Notes under the pieces: generated by a model | Seen by the model: the letters and a program-made list of their open reading frames with translations, nothing else | Databases searched by the model: none | Told to the model about the DNA's origin: nothing | Part shown: positions 1 to 11,424 of the stretch, one piece after another | Numbering within the stretch: position 1 is the stretch's first letter | Layout: every line of letters begins with the position of its first letter | Assembly: GCA_030390025.1 (NCBI GenBank) | Contig: CM059431.1 | Coordinates: forward strand, 105,092,001 to 105,156,000 | Source of the DNA: Squalus acanthias | Lineage: Eukaryota | Reading direction: 5' to 3' | DNA length: 64,000 bases | Made by a program: the position numbers and the translations under genes

Positions 1-159
1 CCTGAAACCCCCTGCAGTTTACCAGTTCTCTGTGCAACCATCCATCAGTGCTGTTGGCTTAGATAGCCGTGCAGATCAAGAATCCTCATTCGGAAAATCA
101 TGACACACAAAATGCAATCAACATATAACTCACATGCACCCAAATACATGCTAAACTAA

Positions 160-336
160 TACAAAAACAAAATACTGCAGATGCTGGAAATCTGAAATAA
201 AAACAGAAAATGCTGGACATCCTGCTGCTTTTTTCCAGTTCTGACGAAGGGTCATCGACCTGAAATTTTAACTCTGTTTCTCTCTTCACAGATGCTGCCT
301 GGCCTGCTGAGTATCTCCAGCATTTTCTGTTTTTAT
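160..336 (+). mobile_element. Short Penelope-like element insertion (inverted terminal copy plus pLTR with degenerate hammerhead motif)
   Basis: Left arm aataaaaacagaaaatgctgga is the reverse complement of right arm tccagcattttctgtttttatt. Contains CTGACGA-agggtcatcgacct-GAAA at 241-265. Flanked by a ~15-bp direct repeat tacatgctaa(a/t)ctaa (145-159 / 337-351). The same sequence ends the GIY-YIG-coding fragment at 29014-29405. Confidence 0.75.
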
Positions 337-914
337 TACATGCTAATCTAAATTTGCTTTCATTTTATCTCATAATCTGTCATTCCTTTCTTGTGTGGAA
401 AGGTGTCAGTTGTTCAAAGGTGCATCTGACGGAACATAATCAATTCCCTGCAAAAAAAAAATACTCAGTTTACCGATTGTAAATATGTGAATAGTGTCCG
501 GTTACATAACTCATTGGAAGATCTGGACAACGAACCACACATGCACTCGTCTCTCCGCCTACAGAGGTCAGTGTGCTGCTGGTAACATGCTGAGCATCCT
601 GCTGTTTAATTCAACGGTGAGGCCTGTGTCTAACAGCAACACTGTGCAACCTGCAGCACAGCACAATAACAGACTTTCGCCAGGGCACGTATTAATCCCC
701 TTGCCCCCCCCCCCCCCCGCTTCCCCCAACCAGCAGCTAGCCCAAGCAGTGCAAAGCATCACCTCAGCACTGAAACAGTCTGCTGATTGAGGATGCTTCT
801 TGAATTATGTGCCTTGTTGTATCTACTCTCTGCTTGGGGAAAAAGGATTGTGCAGAGCTTTCATGGCACTGTACAGCCTACATTTCAAAGGAGCCAGCTT
901 TTCATCCCATGATT

Positions 915-1087
915 AACTTTAAAAAGAGAATTGGACAAATAATTGAAAAGGAAAAATTTGCAGAGCTATGGGGAAAGAGCGGGGGAGAGGGACTAACTGG
1001 ATAGCTCTTCCAATTGGATAGCTCTTTCAAAGAACCGGCACAAGCACAATGGGCCGAATTAACTCTTTCTATGCTGCAAGGTTCTAT
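915..1087 (+). mobile_element. CR1-type LINE 3' end fragment
   Basis: CR1-like 3' UTR (atgggccgaa...ttctatgattc); the tail is split by the MITE at 1088. Confidence 0.6.
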
Positions 1088-1752
1088 GGGGCAAAACTTC
1101 GGTCGCGCCTTCTTTGGGGGCGTTAACTTCGCCGGGGCACTACTTTTAGCTCCCCGAAAAAGTTAGCACCCCCGCACCCAAAATTCACTGGTAGCGCCCC
1201 AAGAGGGAGGCGGGGCGCTACTGGAAGCGGTCCCCCTCACTCTTGGGGGGTTACCAGGGAATATCGCGGCGCTATGTGCCACCGCGCGTCTGCGGTACTG
1301 CAGGCCTTCCTCCCCTAGTGCAGTGTGACACGGGGCCCAGCTGGGCCACCAGGGATCGTGGTGCCGGCAAAAGAGCCCGGCACGCAAGAGAAGTGCCGGG
1401 CTCACGGAGCGCGGCCGGCACCCTGCGGGGGGGGGGGGGGGTCTGCAGAGGAGGCCGGGGACGGCAGAGGGGCAGGTGCTGGCAGCCAGCAACAAAAATG
1501 GCCGCCTGGCACCTCCCCTTTAATTATCGCCGTGCCGGCCGCACGTACACCCCCTGACCCTGTCGGACATAGCATCCGGCGGTAAGTCAGGGGGCGCTAC
1601 CAAAGTTCACGGCCGGGGCGCTACCGGTTACTGCCGCCGCTAACCTCCCACTGAATTTCGCGGGAGGCATTAGCGGTGCCGCGCCCGGGCGCTAGTTGAT
1701 TTGCGCCTCTTAGGGCGCTAACGGGAGGCGCAAAGAAACCAAATTTTGCCTC
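1088..1752. mobile_element. GC/CpG-rich non-autonomous DNA transposon (MITE, probably Harbinger type)
   Basis: Imperfect TIRs ggggcaaaa / ttttgcctc, with ctat duplicated on both sides (a 3-bp reading is also possible). Interior has repeated gcgc/tagcgccc motifs and no credible ORF. Confidence 0.7.
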
Positions 1753-1869
1753 CTATGATTCCTCCACAATGAAAGAATCATGCAAAACCTACTGTGCTAT
1801 TGTGCTTTGATATGCATTAATTTCTGATGCGAATTGTACTTTGGAGTGAATAGCCTGTCCTATCTCGAT

Positions 1870-2220
1870 AAGTCATAGGGTTGACGGTGGGTGCACATAA
1901 GGCTACTTGGGTACAATGACAGCCTCTAGTTTGGGGAAGGCATCGATACTGAAAAGCTTCAAGTGCCTCTGTTGCTGCCATTGTTGGTCACTGGTAAAGT
2001 GTATGAAGGTGGGGACATAGTGAAACTGTATTTCAGGTGCACAGAATATCAGGTGACTTGTGTGATGAGGGATGCGGGAGCCTGGAAGGACCCTGTAGCA
2101 CCAAAGCCGAGGCATTAGTGACCTCTGCGAACACTGTTATTGACTGTCCCAGCAGATTTTCAAGGACCAGATAGCAAACCTCGGTCACAACCTCCTTGTT
2201 GTGCCTGAATCTCATCAGAC
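1870..2220 (-). pseudogene. Highly decayed Harbinger/HARBI1-like transposase fragment
   Basis: Minus-strand pieces RFRHNKEVVTEVC, ATGSFQAP and FIHFTSDQQWQQQR...DAFPKLEAVI resemble the Harbinger transposase N-terminal half (compare GFPQMQGIIDCT at ~9800). Multiple frameshifts. Confidence 0.55.
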
Positions 2221-2777
2221 ACTGAGTCTGACTGTTGTGGTAAATCCTCTGCCTGGGATAATTGTTTTCTGTGGGGATTATGTTGCCTCCTGTGCCCTTT
2301 ACATACAGGGCTACTCTGTCCCATTCACCCTGCTGCTCTGCTGTGACTTATCAGATACAATACTTATAGACAAGCTCTCAGGCCGAAAACTTCGCTAATA
2401 TTATTCACTTCTCTCACTGATGAAATGATAATTCAAAATCTTGCCCTTCATTTAAACTCACTGTTAATGAGTCTGACCTAGAGTTAAATACTCAATTTTC
2501 AATCATCTCCCCACCCCCTCTTATTCAGCACGCATTTGTCACATTTGGAATTAAGATGGCACAAATTAGCATTTATGTGAAGATTTTTCATAATGTTTGT
2601 TAATATATTTTCAGGGGTTAGAATACCGAGTGCGGCGCTATGGATGGATGAATCGTTTATTGGGCTTTTTACCAGTAGTGCACAATCTTTACTGTTTTTT
2701 AAATCAAATTTAGCAAACAGGAAAAGATCGGTGAGGTGAGGATTTGGTTCAACCGTGATATTCCCTTAAAGAAAGCA

Positions 2778-3236
2778 CAGAAAAACTTGCAGCACCTTTC
2801 ACGACCTCAGGATGTCCCAAAGCGCTTTACAGTCAATGAAGTATTTTTGAAGTGTAATCACTCTTGTAATGTAGGAAACGCGGCAGCCAATTTACACACA
2901 GCAAGCTCCCACAAACAGCAATGTGATAAATGACCAGATCATCTGTTTAGCAATGTTGATTGAGGCATAAATATTGGCCAGGACACCGGAGATAACTCCC
3001 CTGCTCTACTTCGGAACAGTGCTGCGGGATCTTTTACGTCCACCTGAGAGGGCAGACGGGGCTTCGGTATAATGTCTCACGCAAAAGACGGCACCTCCGA
3101 AAGTGTGGCACTCCTTCAGTACCGCACTGGGAGTGTCAGCCTAGATCACGTGCTGAAGTCTCGGGAGTGGGGACTGTGAACCCACAACCTTCCGACTCAG
3201 TGGCGAGAGCGCTACCCACTGAGCCACGGCTGACAC
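2778..3236 (-). mobile_element. tRNA-derived Deu-domain SINE (SacSINE1-like) with L2-type tail
   Basis: Head gtcagccgtggctcagtgggtagc (A box) and gggttcac (B box). Conserved body shared with 8 other copies; 3' end matches the L2 tails in this window. Confidence 0.85.
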
Positions 3237-3707
3237 CTTAGGTTATACAGTCTGTCGATACTCATCGCCCAGACTCAGATGTGAAGGAAGGCCCCTTGTT
3301 GAGGTAACATGGAGGCTGCCAGTCCATATGAAACGGTAGTCCAGCATGAGTCAGTGCCCTCAGCACATTAAATTGGAAAATACAAGGGTATAAAACCACT
3401 TGAGGTTATTTACAATAATAACTGCAAAGATTGTTCATTGTAATAGAGAAGAATATTTTAATTGCTTCCACCTTGAGGTTTCTTGGCCTTACCAGATGGT
3501 TGTGGAGTTGAGTGTCGGTGCTGTCTTGTCATTTACGGTTATTGGCTACTGCTTGGCTCAAGTTGTGAGCAAAGAAACATGTAAATGAGAGAGATGCTCA
3601 ATCAAGGAACAGTGAAAACCAGGACAAAAAACCAGGATAAAAGGCATGAAAGGCAAAAGTCAACAGAATACAGAGAATGAAGGGGGGAAAAGCCCTGACT
3701 GATAGGA

Positions 3708-3950
3708 TCATAGGCTGGTTACAGCACAGAAGGAGGCCATTCAGCCCATCGAGCCCGTGCCAGCTCTCTGCAAGAGCACTTCAGCTAGAGCCAACCCCCC
3801 ACCCCCTCCCCCCCACCCTTTCCCCATAGCCCTGCATTTTTTTTTTCCTTCAGGTACTTATCCAATTCCCTTTTGAAAGCCACGATTGAATCTACCTCCA
3901 CCACCCTTTCAGGCAGTGCATTCCAGAAACTGACCACTCGCTGCGTAAAA
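3708..3950 (-). mobile_element. CR1 LINE 3' end fragment
   Basis: cagcacagaaggaggccattcagccc 3' UTR motif and ORF2 C-terminal coding remnant. Confidence 0.75.
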
Positions 3951-3958
3951 AAGAATAG

Positions 3959-4197
3959 TGTTGAGGCTGCCGCGAAACACGATGTAAGGCTGAATCCATG
4001 TGTGGAAAAAGAGAGACTTTAATGCAACTGCATGGTCCAAAATCGCTGAACGCTCTGCTCCCAGAATTCTCTGGAAAAAGCCTGAGGCCCCGCACACTCC
4101 TGCCTTAAAGGTAAGGTGCCTTAAAGGGAAGGTGCATCGATATATTGTCCACGGACGGAAAAGTGGGATATGCCCGTTTAGGTGGCGATCCGCCACA
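3959..4197 (-). repeat. 3' LTR of CsRn1-like element (239 bp)
   Basis: Direct repeat of 8071-8308 (by eye 9 substitutions and 1 indel). Preceded on the minus strand by the polypurine tract ggggggagctg. Confidence 0.95.
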
Positions 4198-4217
4198 CAG
4201 CTCCCCCCAGAATCCGC

Positions 4218-7200
4218 TTAGGAGGTGTAGACGAGACGGTGCGGCGGTCTGATGGGCCGGCCGGAGCGGCTCTTGTAGGACGCCGGTGGACATGGAACGG
4301 CCGGGCGTGGAGCAGCCGGGTGAACCGGCTTGATGGCAGGTCGGCCGCGTGGAGGTGGACGAGCTATAGGGACCTGCTCACCGGGCTCTGAGTGTGCTGG
4401 CTTGAGTCGGTCAACCGACACTTTTTCGGTCCTGTCGCCCACTTGCAGGGTGAAAAATTTGTCCCCAGCCTGTAGCACCTTGTAGGGCCCGTCATACGGG
4501 GGTTGAAGGGGTCTGCGGTGGGCGTCGTGCCGGATGAAAACAAACCGTGCCTGGTGCAGGCTTAGTGGGACGTGTGAGGTGGATTCGCCGTGTCAGGCAA
4601 TGGGCACCGGGCCGAACTGCAGCGCCGGTGAGGCGAAGTCGTGGCGTTGCTGGTCGGCTGACCAGGGTGTCGTGGCGGTGGGCAGGAACTCGCCGGGTAC
4701 GCGTAGCATCTGACCGTACACGAGCTCTGCTGCCGATGCGTGGAGGTCTTCTTTAACCGCGGTGCGCAGGCCGAGGAGGACCCACGGAAGTCGGTCGGTC
4801 CAGGCGCCATCTTGGAGGCTGGCTCGAAGAGATGCCTTCAAGGATCTGTGGAACCGCTCACACAGTCCGTTGGCTTGGGGGTGGTATGCTGTGGTGCGGT
4901 GAATGGTCACCCTGAGATTGCGTGCGACGGCGGTCCAGAGTTCAGAGGTAAATTGCGGACCTCTGTCCGACGTCATGTCGGAGGGGACGCCGAACCGTGC
5001 GACCCAGGTGCTGACGAAGGCTCTGGCGATGTCAGCGGTGGTGGTAGAGGTCAGTGGAATTGGCTCAGGCCAGCGTGTGGTGTGGTCAACGATGGTCAGC
5101 AAGTGCGTGTGGCCTTGCGACGGCGGCAGGGGCCCGACGATGTCCACGTGGATGTGGTCGAATCTCCGCGAGGGGACGGTAAAGTCCTCGAGGGGTGCTT
5201 TCGTGTGTTGCTGTACCTTGGCCCGTTGGCAGGCTAGGCAGGAGTTGGCCCAAGTACGCACATCCTTGCGAAGGCCACACCAGACGAAACGGTTGGCTAC
5301 CAATTTGATGGATGCGCGGGCGACGGGGTGGGAGAGGTTGTGGGGAATGTCAAATACCCGGCGGCGCCAGGACGCTGGGACGACGGGCCGAGGTTGACAT
5401 AGGGATATGTCGCACTTGACCGTGACTGCGGTCGGGCCACAGGCGACGTCGGCCAGGCGTAGCCCTGGTAGGTTGGTGGGTGCGGAGAGCAGATCAGGGT
5501 CGGTGATCTGGTCTGCTGTGAGTTGAGCGTAGTCGACTGCTAGGTGTGCGGTATGGATGGCGGGGCGGGAGAGGCAGTCGGCTACCACAATGTCTCGGCC
5601 GGAGACGTGTTGGATGTCCGTGGTGAACTCGGGCACTGCTGCGAGCTGGCGCTGCTGCCTGGCGGACCAGGGGTCGGTTGTCTTTGCCATTGCGAATGTC
5701 AGGGGCTTGTGGTCGACAAACGCAGTGAAGGGGTGGCCCTCAAGCAAAAACCGGAAATGGCGGACCGCCAGGAACAGCGCAAGGAGCTCGCGGCCGAAGG
5801 TGCTGTATTTGACCTCCGGGGGGCGTAGTTGGCGGCTGAAGAAGGTAAGTGGTTGCCAGGCGCCGTCGAGCCACTGTTCATACACGGCGCCGACCGCGTG
5901 GTCAGAGGCGTCCGTGGTGAGCGCTACCCTGGCATTGGGCCGTGGGTGCGCGAGCAGGGTGGCGTTGGCGAGTGTGGTCTTGGTGGAGTCAAAGGCGGCG
6001 GACGCGTCTGCCGTCCATTCGACCGCCATCTTGCCGCTGCTGCCCCGGAGGGCTTCATACAGGGGCCTCATGAGGGAAGCCGCTTTGGGGATGAAGCGGT
6101 TATAGAAATTCACCATCCCGAGGAACTCCTGGAGGCCTTTGATGGTGCTGGGGCGGGGAAATTGTTGGACGGCCTGCACCTTGGTGGGCAGGGGAATGGC
6201 CCCAGCATGGGTGATGTGGTGGCCGAGGAAGTCGATCCTGTCCAGGCTGAACTGGCATTTGGCTGGGCTGAGGATGAGCCCGTGATCGCTGAGGCGCCCG
6301 AACAGGATGCAAAGGTGTTCGAGGTGTTCCTGCTTGGAGGAACTGGCTACCAGGATGTCGTCCAGGTAGACAAACAGGAACTTCAGGTCCCGAAGGACCG
6401 AGTCCATGAGCCGTTGGAATGCCTGGGCCGCGTTTTTGAGGCTGAAGGGCATCCGGAGGAACTCGAACAGGCCGAAGGGGGTGATTACGGCCGTCTTGGG
6501 GACGTCCGCGGGGTGGACGGGGACTTGGTGGTAGCCGCGCACCAGGTCGACCTTGGAAAAGACTGAGCGGCCGGCCAGTCTAGCTGAGAAGTCCTGAATG
6601 TGCGGCACGGGGTACTGATCAGGGGTGGTGGCGTCATTGAGGCGGCGGTAATCCCCGCAGGGGCGCCAACCTCCGCCTGGTTTGGGGGCGATGTGGAGTT
6701 GGGAGGCCCAGGGACTGTTGGAGCGGCGGATGATGCCGAGCTGTTCCATGGTGGCAAACTCGGTCCGCCTGATCTCCAGTTTGGCCGGGTCCAGCCTGCG
6801 GGCGTGGGCGTACACTGGGGGGCCTGTGGTGGGGATGAAGTGTTCCACCCCGTGTTTGGCGGCCTCCGCGGAGAAGGTCGGATTGGTAAGGGCCGGGAAT
6901 TCGGCCAGGAGTGCCGAGTAGTCAACCGTGGCCCGGGCGTGGCACTGTGACGCCATGTCGGCGGGTTGACGGGGGGCCATGGCGCCCAGGATGGGGGACA
7001 TGGTGTTCATGTCCACGAGGCGGTGACGAGGGATGTCTACCAGTAGGCCGTGGGCGCACAGGAAATCTGCGCCGATGAGGGGGGAGAGCACCTTGGCAGT
7101 GATGAACTCCCATAGGTAGCGGTGACCAGCGAGGTCGAGGGTGACTGTCCGGGTGCCATACGTTCGGATTTCCGAGCCGTTAGCAGCAGCCAGCGCCGGT

Positions 7201-8030
7201 CCTCGTTCGCCCTTTTGGATGTCGAGGGAGGAGGCCGGGATGATGCTGTGCTGAGCCCCAGTGTCGCACAGGAACCGGCGGCCGGTTTTGTCATCCGTGA
7301 CGAACAGCAGGGAGCCCGCGTGGCCCACGGCCATCGCGGGGGCTGGTATGGGGGCGGACTTGAAAGAGCAGGGAGGTGTGCACCGTTGTGCCCTGGCGCC
7401 GAACCGTGCGTGGTAGTAACAGTGGCCCAGGTTAGTGGGGCATGAAGGCCCTGTGGGCCTGGTGGCAGGCCCTTGTGGCCGCGTGATGGCCGGTGAGGGG
7501 CGCGCCCAGGCATTGGCTGCCAGGTCCGGAGTGACGTCGCGGCTGGAGTGAGCGGACAGCAGCTTGTCGGCCTCATCGGCCAGGGCTTCCAGGTTCGTGA
7601 GGCCGGACGCCACGATTGCTGGGCGGATGCTGAGAGGGAGCTGGTGGATGAACAGCGTGTGGAAGAGGGATCCGGGTGGGCTCTCGTCGGTGAGGGAGAG
7701 CATATGGGAGAGGAGGTCTGACGGTGAGGCATCACCGAGGCCTGGAAGGTCGAGGAGGTGGCAGTTTCGCTGATATGCCGAGGCCGTAAATTTTTTAAGG
7801 AGCGCTGTCTTGAGATGTGCGTACTTGCCTTCCTCTGGTGGGTTCTGCAGCGTTGTCCAAACCTTCGAAACTGTGGTGCTACCGAGTGATGTGACGAGAT
7901 AGTCGTACTTCGTCCCATCTGTGGTGATGCGTTGCAGCCGGAAGCGCGATTCAGCTTGGAGAAACCAGGCTTCGGGCTGGTTTTCCCAAAACTCCGGCAG
8001 TTTCACGGAAACTGCGTTCGTGTCCGCCAT
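4218..8030 (-). CDS. gag-pol: Gag-Pol polyprotein (gag CHCC, aspartic protease, RT, RNase H, integrase with GPY/F), one premature stop at 4593-4595
   Basis: 1145-aa ORF with CYYHARFGARAQRCTPPC, FLCDTGA, YLDD, TDAS/DHKPL, HNLSH..CLAC, HVDIVGP/SDRGPQF/GLCERFHR. After the TGA the same frame continues (HGESTSHVP...PYDGPYKV...VSVDRLKPAH) to the stop at 4218. Confidence 0.93.
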
Positions 8031-8055
8031 TGCAGTGCTCGGAATACGTTCTGAG

Positions 8056-8069
8056 CGTCGGGGTCACCA
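8056..8069 (-). promoter_or_regulatory. Primer binding site complementary to tRNA-Trp 3' end
   Basis: Minus-strand TGGTGACCCCGACG lies 1 nt after the 5' LTR and matches the vertebrate tRNA-Trp 3' end ...CGUCGGGGUCACCA. Confidence 0.9.
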
Positions 8070-8070
8070 A

Positions 8071-8308
8071 TGTTGAGGCTGCCGCGAAACACGAATTAAG
8101 GCTGAATCCATGTGTGGAAAAAGAGAGACTTTAATGCAACTGCATGGTCCAAAATCGCTGAACACCCTGCTCCCAGAATTCACTGGAAAAAGCTTGAGGC
8201 CCCGCCCACTCCTGCCTTAAAGTTAAGGTGCCTTAAAGGGAAGGTGCATCGATATATTGTCCACGGACGGAAAAGTGGGAATGACCGTTTAGGTGGCGAT
8301 CCGCCACA
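8071..8308 (-). repeat. 5' LTR of CsRn1-like element (238 bp)
   Basis: Direct repeat of 3959-4197, adjacent to the PBS. Confidence 0.95.
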
Positions 8309-8955
8309 ATAGAATAGTTTTAGCTTTTTAAATAGTTCTTTTTTAAATATTTACGATGGTTTAAATGTTAAATGCAACACAAATCTCAAAATGCTTCCTG
8401 TTACTGTATTTGTGATGGACTTTGAGGAATATATGATTTCTTTTTTAAAAATGTGTAACTTTTGACCCGATTATTGTATTATCCATTTTGTAATGGAAGG
8501 CTATAAATTTATCGAAGAATTTACCTGAAATGATGTAATGATAATTACCTACAAGTAGGTTCATTCAGAGGAGCAAGGTTGACAAGACCAGTTCTGTATG
8601 TTTATGAATGTGGAGTGAAGCACAGATGCTTTAGTGTGGATTTAAATGGGTAGAAATTGCACAATGTGTTATTTGTAATGAACACATCGGCCCCGATATT
8701 AACTCGGAGGTGCTTTGGGAGCGGAGGGTTTCCGATATCGCGTGGGGAACCCGGAATGAGTTTCAGCGCGTCTGTCTGCGGCATTTTAACGCAGCCTCAT
8801 TATCATTTGACTTCTGGGTTTGGGGTCAATTGTGCGGCTGCGGGCGCGATGAGGACACTGTATGACGCGATCTGAACTCCAGTATATAAAGGGCCAATCC
8901 AAAGATGGAATTTGGAGGAGTTAGGAGTCTACACAAAGAGAGGGAGGAGTTTCAT

Positions 8956-9660
8956 GATGGATTCAGAACGGTCAAGAGCTGCACCTCGATTTAAAGTGGC
9001 CTCCCTTGATGTACTGCTGGGGTCAGTGAAGAGCCGCAGAGAGATATTCTTCCCTAGCAACGGGGGGGGGAAAGAAAACTGCTGGCACAAAGAGGGCATG
9101 GCTGGAGGTGGCCCAGGAGGTCAGCAGCAGAAGCATTGTGCCATGCTCCAGGATTCAGTGCAGGAAGCGCTTTAATGACCTAACCAGGTCAGGAAAGGTG
9201 AGTACATTTTCACATTCACCCGCATCCTGCTGTGCGCATCAACCCCTCACTCTGCCTTGTCAAGCCTACTCCATCACATCACTCCTCACACTCACTTACC
9301 TTGCAAGCTTACCCATCCTTCTCTTTCTATGCACTTCCTCACATCCCCATCTATCATTCTGCCACTGCCACTCGCCCTCCTGCTTATGCAATTTTCATGC
9401 CTCTCTCTGATAATCACCCTCACCAATGCACTGCATCCACTGGGTGAACACATGCCATTACCGTCACTCATAGGTCAGCTCTTTCCCCTGTTGCAGGAGA
9501 AGAGAGCACAGAACACGAGAGAGAGGGAGAGAACCGGAGGTGGTCCTCCACAGATGTCACAGCTAACCACTGCAGAGGAGGCGGTGCTGGAGGTCAGTGG
9601 CGTTTTGGCGTCGCTGGCCGTCGGAGATGGGGAAACGGAGGCCTCCCAGCTACCTGGTGA
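8956..9660 (+). pseudogene. Harbinger Myb/SANT-like DNA-binding protein remnant, two exons (intron 9198-9496)
   Basis: MDSERSRAAPRFKVASLDVLL...(frameshift) WLEVAQEVSSRS...QCRKRFNDLTRSGK, donor AG|GTGAGT, acceptor tttcccctgttgcag|, then EKRAQNTRERERTGGGPP. TATATAAA near 8884. Confidence 0.8.
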
Positions 9661-9749
9661 CACAATTAAATATCAGCCACCCACATGTCATATGGAACTC
9701 AGTCATGTTGACTTGATTTCAGCAGCGAGTGAAATATAGTCATCTTCAT

Positions 9750-10361
9750 CATTTGCAATACACTCCTGGTTGATCTGGGGATGCGCGGATTGCCACTTGT
9801 GTGCAGTCGATGATGCCCTGCATCTGTGGGAAGCCAGCCGGAGATGCAAACCCGAGTGCCTTCTCATTCTGACTGGTGTCATCGCAGGTGAAGTTCACAT
9901 TATTGCTGGCCCTGGGAAACCACCCACCAATCACCTGTGTTATGTATTTGTGGGCCGCCGACTGGGAGATCCTAGATTTGTCTCCGGCAGATACCCTGGA
10001 AGGACCTGGAGGCAAAAAAGTTGAAGGCAGTGGTCACTTTGACAGCTGCTGGTAATGCGTGGCCACCAGGTCCAGCAGGGAACCGGTCTTCTTCGAGGAG
10101 GCTCCAGATATCTGCCACCCACCTGACGACCTGAGCCTCCTGAAGCACTGCTGTTCCGACCTGTCAAGGAAACTCAGCCTCTGCCTGTACACCTTTGTCT
10201 CGCGGGTACTGCCTCCTGCAAGTTGCACCCCTCTCCACTGGCTTGTCTCTCTGTTGTCCAGCTGCTGGTCTCTGATCAGCCTGCTGCCGTTTCTGGTGCT
10301 GCTGATGGTCATATTTCTCCTCGTCCGAGCTCCAATCTGAGGCAGCTAAGGCGCCACCCAT
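9750..10361 (-). pseudogene. Harbinger DDE transposase (HARBI1-like), 5' half, frameshifted
   Basis: VYRQRLSFLDRSEQQCFRRLR, ISQSAAHKYITQV, FASPAGFPQMQGIIDCTQVAIRA (first catalytic D motif). Truncated after this point. Confidence 0.8.
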
Positions 10362-11424
10362 CCTGATGTGGTTCAGAAAACCTCCAAAGTGTAGAAAGCA
10401 AACCCTCGGCAAAAATGACTGTGAACTACCTCTTTCCCACTAGTGGGTAAGAAAGCAGCTGTGAGTACTGAGTATTTATCGCAGTATTTCCACAAGGTTT
10501 AAACAGATCCCACAATTGCCGTTGTGTTCTTGCCTTGCTTTCTCTGGCGAGTTTCAGGAAACTCGGGGAAACCCATGGATGCAACGTTAAATTGGAAAGC
10601 GAGTTGAAATATCGCTCCAATAGAGCGATTACCATACGTTGATAGGCAACCCGCCTCTCCCGAGGGGGTTGCGCACGCACACAGCCGAACGCGTTCCAGT
10701 TAAATGCGGAAGCCGGCTTCGCGACGCGCTCTCATTGTTGCTGGTTTTAACCCCGACCCCGCCCCCCCCCAGCCCCACACCCAAACCCACACCCAAACCC
10801 ACACCCTCCTCCAAGTTAAAATTCCATTAACGCATCCCTATGAAATTCTTTAGTCTGCTTTTTTTTTAAACTAAGACGCTAATCCATTTACTTCAGCTCC
10901 AAAGAATGCATGGTTATTGACACAGTGGCAGTAGGGATGTTTGAGACTCCTGGTTCTGATAAAGGGATTAATGGGGACTAAAGAGCTTGAGTTATTTCAA
11001 ACAGGACAAAGTTGAGTCCTTTCAACCACAACCAGTTAAGCCTAGCTCCATCCCTTTCTTTGAAAGCCCGCAGCTTTGTATGATCACACACAGTGCCATG
11101 TACTCTATTGCTGCGAAAGATTATGAACAAGTATTAGGTAGTAAAACTGGAAAAGAACATCTGATTCTAATCAGCCTAGTTGATTATTTTCCTTTGAATC
11201 CTTTCACTTCCCTCTGTACCTACTAGCCTGTTTCCCTCTCATATTCAGTTCCCTCACTATATTCTTCTCTGCCACCACATTGTGTTACTTAAAAACGAGT
11301 GATCAATATCAAAAATGCCAAAAAAAACATTGAGTGTTCTTGAGGAACAGTTGACCATTTCTGACACTTATCCCATGACAAAAATCAGTTTACGTAACAG
11401 TCTTGTACACCTCCACCACAGTGA

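Larger units (their letters stand above)
3959..8308 (-). mobile_element. Full-length Ty3/Gypsy LTR retrotransposon, CsRn1/Kabuki clade
   Basis: Two TG...CA LTRs (3959-4197, 8071-8308), 4-bp TSD ATAG (3955-3958 / 8309-8312), tRNA-Trp PBS, PPT next to the left LTR, single gag-pol frame with a CHCC gag motif. Confidence 0.95.
8689..10826. mobile_element. Internally deleted Harbinger/PIF DNA transposon with convergent Myb/SANT-like gene (+) and transposase (-)
   Basis: Imperfect TIRs (gatattaactcggagg / cctccaagttaaaattc) enclose both hallmark Harbinger coding remnants. Confidence 0.8.

Noticed and set aside
4593..4595. Programmed stop-codon readthrough in gag-pol
   Set aside because: The stop lies within the integrase C-terminal region, not at a gag/pol boundary. 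CpG decay (CGA>TGA) is the simpler explanation.
4547..7918. Many alternative-frame and antisense ORFs (up to 293 aa) inside the Gypsy element
   Set aside because: Expected shadow ORFs of GC-rich coding sequence, with no recognisable motifs.
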